Source: Nitrospira sp. (GTDB taxonomy: Bacteria; Nitrospirota; Nitrospiria; Nitrospirales; Nitrospiraceae). From it: a stretch of 64,000 nt of DNA. Location: the NCBI GenBank assembly GCA_047150005.1, contig AP038806.1, forward strand, positions 3,968,001 through 4,032,000. The letters run 5' to 3'. Position numbers and translations under genes: made by a program. Shown here one piece after another: positions 59,096-64,000 of this stretch (its first letter is position 1; the number at the start of each line of letters is the position of its first letter). The notes under the pieces were generated by a model. The model did no database searches, was not told the origin of the DNA, and saw only the letters and a program-made list of their open reading frames with translations.

Positions 59096-59986
59096 CTACA
59101 TCACCATATTGCGGCTTGGCAACGTCACTCGGGGCAGTCCTGAAAGTGGATGGCAATCCACGAGGACTCGGCACCGATACACGGTCTCCAACACATCCCG
59201 CTGAATGACCTCAGCTGGGAGACCGAGCCGAACGACTCGCCCCTGATCCAATAGCAGCACCCGGTCACAATACTGACTGGCCAAATTCAAGTCATGAGAG
59301 ACCAAGACGATGGTCAGACCATGCTCCTGCTTGAGCCGATGCAACAGCGCACAGATCTCGATCTGGTGTTGAAGGTCAAGAAACGCAGTGGGCTCATCGA
59401 GTAAGAGCACCTGCGGATCTTGGGCGAGAGATCGAGCGATCACCACGCGCTGTCGTTCCCCGCCCGAGAGTTCCGTCACCGGACGTGCGGCCAGCTTCCA
59501 GACATCCATGGTCACCATCGCCTGCCGCGCAATGGTGCGATCGTCCCGGCTATCCCATCCAAATCCCAGATGCCACGGCCTCCGGTGCCGATGAGGGAAT
59601 CGTCCCATGAGGACCGTTTCGGCCACGGTGAAAGGGAAGCTCTGAGACGTATCCTGCGGAACGAATGAAACGTCTCGAGCGACATCCTCCTGTCTCAACT
59701 TCGAGAGAGGCTTCCCAAAGAGTGTGATGATTCCTTGTTGCTCCGGAATGACCTTCGCCAGCAACTTCAGCAATGACGTCTTGCCTGATCCATTCGGACC
59801 GACGATCCCAAGCGTCTCTCCAGGCTGCACAACAAAACTGACGTCTTGCAACGTCCAACCAAGAGCGTCCGAATCCGGCCGTCCATAATGGAATCGCACA
59901 TCGTGGAGATCATAGACGTGGAGGGGCTCTTCCTTGAGGAACTCCGACCGATCACCGCTGAAATCTCGTTCGACAGGAGCAGTCAC
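59096..59986 (-). CDS. ABC transporter ATPase (BtuD/FepC family)
   Basis: GPNGSGKT, LSGGERQR, LLLDEPT, SHDLN. Confidence 0.93.
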   Translation of the reverse strand: MTAPVERDFSGDRSEFLKEEPLHVYDLHDVRFHYGRPDSDALGWTLQDVSFVVQPGETLGIVGPNGSGKTSLLKLLAKVIPEQQGIITLFGKPLSKLRQEDVARDVSFVPQDTSQSFPFTVAETVLMGRFPHRHRRPWHLGFGWDSRDDRTIARQAMVTMDVWKLAARPVTELSGGERQRVVIARSLAQDPQVLLLDEPTAFLDLQHQIEICALLHRLKQEHGLTIVLVSHDLNLASQYCDRVLLLDQGRVVRLGLPAEVIQRDVLETVYRCRVLVDCHPLSGLPRVTLPSRNMVM

Positions 59987-61137
59987 AACATTCGATCCTT
60001 TCGGCGAACGAGAAGATAGACAAAGAACGGCCCGCCCACCAGCGCCGTCATGATTCCCACCGGTAACTCGGATGGCAAGAGAATGGTGCGGGCGAAGGTA
60101 TCAGCGACCATCAAGAACGTCCCGCCGACCAACGCCGCGGCCGGCATCACGAGACGATGGTCCGCTCCGACGATGAGACGCACCACATGGGGAATGACCA
60201 TGCCGATGAAGCCCACCATTCCGCTGACGGAGACGGCCGCTCCGGTCATCAATGCCGAAAGCAGGAAAATGCGTCGCTTGGTCCGTTCAGTATCGATCCC
60301 GAGTGACCGTGCCGGTTCTTCACCGAATGCCAGAATGTTCAGCACCCCGGCCTGTTTGAGTAAGAATCCAAGACAGACAAGTACGTAGAGCGAAAACACC
60401 AGCAACGTAGGATGGGCTGGAGCCGTAAGCGATCCCATGAGCCAGATCATCATGCCAAAGGAACGGTTGGGGTCCATGATTGAGGTAATAAACATGATGA
60501 GGGCCGACAAAATTGCGTTGAGTATGACGCCGGCCAGCAACACGCTGTAGATCGGCATTCGACCATTGCTCGCCGCCATCCGATAGATGACCAGCAGCGC
60601 CACCAGGCTACCGGCAAACCCACAGAGCGGCAAGACGGCCACCGGTAGTACGGTCGTACCCACTCCGAACAGGACAGCAATGGATACACCGAGAGCCGCT
60701 CCACTCGACACGCCGAGCACGTAGGGATCGGCCAAGGGATTGCGCAGCAGCGCCTGCACAGCAACCCCCACAGTTGCCAGACAGCCACCAACGAGAAATC
60801 CCAGAACGACTCGCGGCAAACGGACATACAGCAGAATCGTTGTCACCGTGTCGAGGTCGCCGACAGCATCACCGCTTTGTCCATTCGCCGGAAAGAGGAC
60901 ACGCAACATGTCGTTCACTCCGACGAATCGCGCCCCGAACTGGAGACACACGATGGCGGAGAGGACGGCCGAAGCCGAGAGAACGCCGATGATCATGGTC
61001 CATCGCCGAGTTCCCACCGTGGACTTTCGAAACACCTCGTCATCGGCGAGGTCAAATGGCGGCGTTTTCGGTTTTGGTAATGAGGTACGAATCCCGGCCG
61101 ATGACGAAGATACGGAAGGATCTGATGGCCACATCAT
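59983..61137 (-). CDS. ABC permease (BtuC/FecCD family)
   Basis: RLPRV, QALLRNPLADPYVLGVSSGA, GEEPARSLG, GFIGMVIPH, ELPVG; ATGA overlap with the binding-protein gene. Confidence 0.93.
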   Translation of the reverse strand: MMWPSDPSVSSSSAGIRTSLPKPKTPPFDLADDEVFRKSTVGTRRWTMIIGVLSASAVLSAIVCLQFGARFVGVNDMLRVLFPANGQSGDAVGDLDTVTTILLYVRLPRVVLGFLVGGCLATVGVAVQALLRNPLADPYVLGVSSGAALGVSIAVLFGVGTTVLPVAVLPLCGFAGSLVALLVIYRMAASNGRMPIYSVLLAGVILNAILSALIMFITSIMDPNRSFGMMIWLMGSLTAPAHPTLLVFSLYVLVCLGFLLKQAGVLNILAFGEEPARSLGIDTERTKRRIFLLSALMTGAAVSVSGMVGFIGMVIPHVVRLIVGADHRLVMPAAALVGGTFLMVADTFARTILLPSELPVGIMTALVGGPFFVYLLVRRKDRML

Positions 61138-62237
61138 GGCGAGGGATGGACTTCGCCTGAGAGGTAAACCTCGGGGTGAATGGCTCGAGCGAGAAGCTCC
61201 AGTCCTTCCACAACCCGAGGCCCGGGACGATTGAGGGCATCGGATGACACCTCGAGGAGCTGTCGGTTTCGAACGGCCGAAAGGCTCTTCCAACGATTCC
61301 ATTCGTTCTGTTCACTCTTTGGAACGCTCTCGACAGACCCGACGGGAAAAATGATGACCTCCGGGTCTTCCTGCAACACCGTTTCCAGACTGAGTCTTGG
61401 ATAGGGAGACTCGCTGCTTCGTGCGACATTAATTCCACCGGCCAATCCGATCATGTGATGGATGTAACTTCCCGGTCCCACGGTGATGAGCGGATGACTA
61501 TTGAGTACATAGAGCACGCGCTTCTCTTTCGAGGTTGCGACTCGTTTCGTCACTCGGGCAACGCGATCCCGCATGGTCCCCGTGATCGCATCGGACGTCT
61601 TCACCTTGTTGAATATTTTCCCCAAGCTCTGGATCTGCATCAGGATATCGTCGACCGTCTTCGCCTCAACCAGAAAGACGGGAATTCTGAGCTCTTCCAG
61701 CTTGACCAGTATGTCGGCACGGAGAAATTCCTGCGGCGCAACAATCATGTCTGGCCGAAGCGCAACCAGCGATTCAATATTGGGTCGAGCATATCCGATC
61801 TTTGGTTTGGACAGGGCGGCCGACGGATAGTTGCAAAGCTCCGTGACGCCGGCAATCTGCTCATCGAGCCCCAGAGCAAACAGCATTTCCGTAATGCTCG
61901 GAGCGAGCGACACAACCCGTGTAGGCGCCTTCGCAATGTAGAGTTTTCTTCCGGCATCATCCACGAACGTCCGTGGCGTGATATTGGCCATGAAAGGCAT
62001 CCCGGTTAGAATGCCCTGCTGTCGACGCTTCACAACGGAACTCCCATAGGCGTCGCCCAGACCACCGTCCGAGCCGGACACCACAATGAGGATGCTCAGG
62101 CATCCCAGAACGTAACCTGGAAATGACGTGGTGCGATTGCTCCGCACACCCCGGCCGCATCTCAACATGCGACGGAGCACCGGACGGATCCACCGGAGCG
62201 TCACAGTCGAATGAACTGGACGGAGGAAACAGATCAC
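61134..62237 (-). CDS. Cobalamin-binding periplasmic protein (BtuF-like; start uncertain)
   Basis: PTRVVSLAPSITEMLFALG, CNYP, PNIESLVALRPD, LSAVRN, RPGPR. Confidence 0.9.
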   Translation of the reverse strand: MICFLRPVHSTVTLRWIRPVLRRMLRCGRGVRSNRTTSFPGYVLGCLSILIVVSGSDGGLGDAYGSSVVKRRQQGILTGMPFMANITPRTFVDDAGRKLYIAKAPTRVVSLAPSITEMLFALGLDEQIAGVTELCNYPSAALSKPKIGYARPNIESLVALRPDMIVAPQEFLRADILVKLEELRIPVFLVEAKTVDDILMQIQSLGKIFNKVKTSDAITGTMRDRVARVTKRVATSKEKRVLYVLNSHPLITVGPGSYIHHMIGLAGGINVARSSESPYPRLSLETVLQEDPEVIIFPVGSVESVPKSEQNEWNRWKSLSAVRNRQLLEVSSDALNRPGPRVVEGLELLARAIHPEVYLSGEVHPSP

Positions 62238-62244
62238 CGTGCGG

Positions 62245-62286
62245 AAAATAAAAAATCCTCAAGGCCTAGTGGCGACCCTGAGGATT
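62245..62286 (-). terminator. Intrinsic terminator in the btuF leader (riboswitch expression platform)
   Basis: AATCCTCAGGG...CCTTGAGGATT stem followed by TTTTATTTT. Confidence 0.75.
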
Positions 62287-62342
62287 GCACCCGCTTCTTC
62301 ATCCTCGCCTGCTCCCCAGCCCACGAGGGAACAGTTGGCAAT

Positions 62343-62490
62343 CCTCCAAGCAGGTCTTCTGGCTTATGGGTCACCCTACTCCCCGCGCCTTCCCATCCAA
62401 TAAGTTGGACAGTGGTTTTCGCAGGTTTCGTCCCCACTGACAGCGGCGGGACCGCGAGGGATTTGCACCCTCTTCCCTTACCTGAAGGTT
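62343..62490 (-). ncRNA. Cobalamin riboswitch (operon leader)
   Basis: AAGGGAAG-AGGG-TGCAAAT-CCCT, CCGCCGCTGT, CCACTG...GGGAAGGC, AGCCAGAAGACCTGC. Confidence 0.93.
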
Positions 62491-62502
62491 ATATGAGGGG
62501 GC

Positions 62503-62532
62503 ACTCTAGGAGAGAGGGACAAAACTTGTCAA
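62503..62532 (-). promoter_or_regulatory. Sigma70 promoter of the btu/cob operon
   Basis: TTGACA-18-TAGAGT just upstream of the riboswitch. Confidence 0.65.
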
Positions 62533-62648
62533 GTTCAATATTGTCCGCATTGTCAGTGGCAATGCTCCCGACGCATCGCCCGCCAAGGAAGCCCCCTCAA
62601 AATGGCGAGCAACTGGGGCAATTCGTATAGTTCGTATAGGATGTAGCC

Positions 62649-62664
62649 GGGCATGGGCTTTGCT
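62649..62664 (+). promoter_or_regulatory. Candidate sigma54 promoter
   Basis: GGGCATGGGCTTTGCT, GG-N10-GC, about 55 nt before ATG 62720. Confidence 0.55.
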
Positions 62665-62719
62665 GCACTTCGGAATGCTATCGGAATCCGGTTGGAGTCC
62701 TTTCTCAGCAGGCTGCCCC

Positions 62720-64000
62720 ATGAAACACCTGATCATCGCGCTGGCGACCCTCTGGATTCTGTTCCAAGTCACCTCATTGATTGGTCTCTCGAACAATCCA
62801 TCCGGCATCACCCCGCTGGCCCGCTTGGCCGAACCTCCTGCAGTCCATCTCACCGATCCCTATCGCAACGCCTATTTCTTTCTGTTGGGACTGACCTCCT
62901 CCGCGACGCTCGATCCTGGGAAAGTCGGCTACGAGATGTGGGTCGAAGCGCGCGAAACGTCGGACGGTCGCCGATTCGACTACGACAAGCCGGGGCGACT
63001 CGACCTCCAGGTAGCGCTCCCTCTCGGACAAGCGTTTCCACTCTGGGATGCGGAGGATCCGGCCAGCGCATTTCGCGACAAGAGCACCCCGGTCAAGACC
63101 TGGACGTCCCGGCATGGTCTTCTTCTGACACGGTACGACCGCTGGATGGACATGTCGTTCGAGGATCGGGGGTTCGGCCAGCGCGCGACGCCGCGGTTTG
63201 CGGAGACGATGTTCGCCCATCGATTGTACGTTGCCGACGGATTTTCACGATCCACCGCTGCCGGATTGGATCGATTGACCAAGGAGCTGGTGTTCTGGCG
63301 CATGGTGCTTCGCGAGGCGACGACGCTCGACATGACGGTCGCCGCTCAATTCGTCCTTCAAGACGACGCAAGATTGATTTCGAGAATGGTTGCACGAGCT
63401 GTCGTAGACAAGACGCTTCTGGTCACCGCCTTGCAACTCATGGTTCCGCTGACCTCGTCCGAATATTCTCTCCGATGGCCGATTCGGCATCAGTTGGCGG
63501 TCATAGGCCGAGAGGCGCAAAGTCGTTCCACTCCCGTAAAGAATTCGCCGGTCGCGAGCAATCCCGAACGTGATTGGCTCATTGCCACGACACAGCTTCC
63601 GAACGATGCCTTTGCAAAGATCGAACATCCCGGGCCGCCGTCGTTTCTCGGCCATTCGTTGGGCAGTCGACAAACGGACGAAATGTATGCGGCATACTAT
63701 GAAGCGATCATGAAGGCCTCCGGTACCGGAGAGGGATCGTTGCCTACCTTGCACCAGGTTTCCGGTAATGTACACCGCGGATTTCTGGAGAACCTGTTGA
63801 ATCCCGCGCCGTTCGAGCCGGACTGGAATATCTTTCGCCATCAATTGATGGAAACCGACGCCCGGCTCCGTCTCGCATCGCTGCAAATCAAATTGCGACG
63901 GCCGAGCGGCACGACCGCGGTGCCGACCAGACTTGCCGAGGTCGGCTCGCAGTACTTCGACCCGTTCACGGGATTGCCGATGTTGTGGAGTCAGACTCAG
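62720..64000 (+). CDS. Hypothetical membrane-anchored/exported protein, truncated by window end (absent from ORF track)
   Basis: Read manually: MKHLIIALATLWILFQV...RNAYFFLLG...DARLRLASLQ...YFDPFTGLPMLWSQTQ with no stop before 64000. Confidence 0.82.
   Translation, partial: MKHLIIALATLWILFQVTSLIGLSNNPSGITPLARLAEPPAVHLTDPYRNAYFFLLGLTSSATLDPGKVGYEMWVEARETSDGRRFDYDKPGRLDLQVALPLGQAFPLWDAEDPASAFRDKSTPVKTWTSRHGLLLTRYDRWMDMSFEDRGFGQRATPRFAETMFAHRLYVADGFSRSTAAGLDRLTKELVFWRMVLREATTLDMTVAAQFVLQDDARLISRMVARAVVDKTLLVTALQLMVPLTSSEYSLRWPIRHQLAVIGREAQSRSTPVKNSPVASNPERDWLIATTQLPNDAFAKIEHPGPPSFLGHSLGSRQTDEMYAAYYEAIMKASGTGEGSLPTLHQVSGNVHRGFLENLLNPAPFEPDWNIFRHQLMETDARLRLASLQIKLRRPSGTTAVPTRLAEVGSQYFDPFTGLPMLWSQTQ

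Noticed and set aside
62653..63573. 306-aa plus-strand ORF in the track
   Set aside because: Arg/Ser/Gly-rich off-frame shadow; the frame starting at 62720 is the protein-like one
1..64000. CRISPR arrays, IS elements, integrases, prophage or defence genes
   Set aside because: No spaced direct repeats and no transposase, recombinase or phage motifs seen

Overview
GC-rich bacterial chromosomal segment. Gene content and style suggest Nitrospira/Nitrospirota, which is an inference rather than something the sequence proves. I saw no rRNA, tRNA, CRISPR array or mobile element. Contents from left to right: (1) 3' part of accA, then a GT4 glycosyltransferase plus PhyH-type dioxygenase pair; (2) a KdpDE-like two-component system whose kinase carries a PilJ/NarX-type (AGRQRM) sensor, upstream of a KdpE-box-like site, a blue-copper protein, a 32-aa sORF and a receiver protein; (3) a three-gene lysine-catabolism-like operon (lysine 6-dehydrogenase, ALDH7, compact HglS/DUF1338-like VOC protein); (4) assorted accessory genes, prfC, patatin, trmL, TPR and exported proteins; (5) a receiver protein coupled to an RND-MFP-TolC efflux operon; (6) a cold-shock gene; (7) lptF-lptG-fabF-ACP-lpxD; (8) a 10-11 gene Pil-Chp-like chemosensory cluster headed by a heme-c DUF3365-like protein and ending in a REC/31-residue-repeat coiled-coil protein and two paralogous His-less (Thr) pseudo-Hpt proteins, one fused to a degenerate HD-GYP domain; (9) a cobamide uptake/salvage/remodelling operon (btuFCD-btuB-CWC-pduO-cobQ-cobU-cobT-cobS-cbiB-cobD-cbiZ) with two cobalamin riboswitches; (10) an unlisted ORF running off the right end. 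The best candidates for an undescribed system are the pseudo-Hpt/degenerate HD-GYP output module of the chemosensory cluster and the rewired KdpDE-cupredoxin unit.
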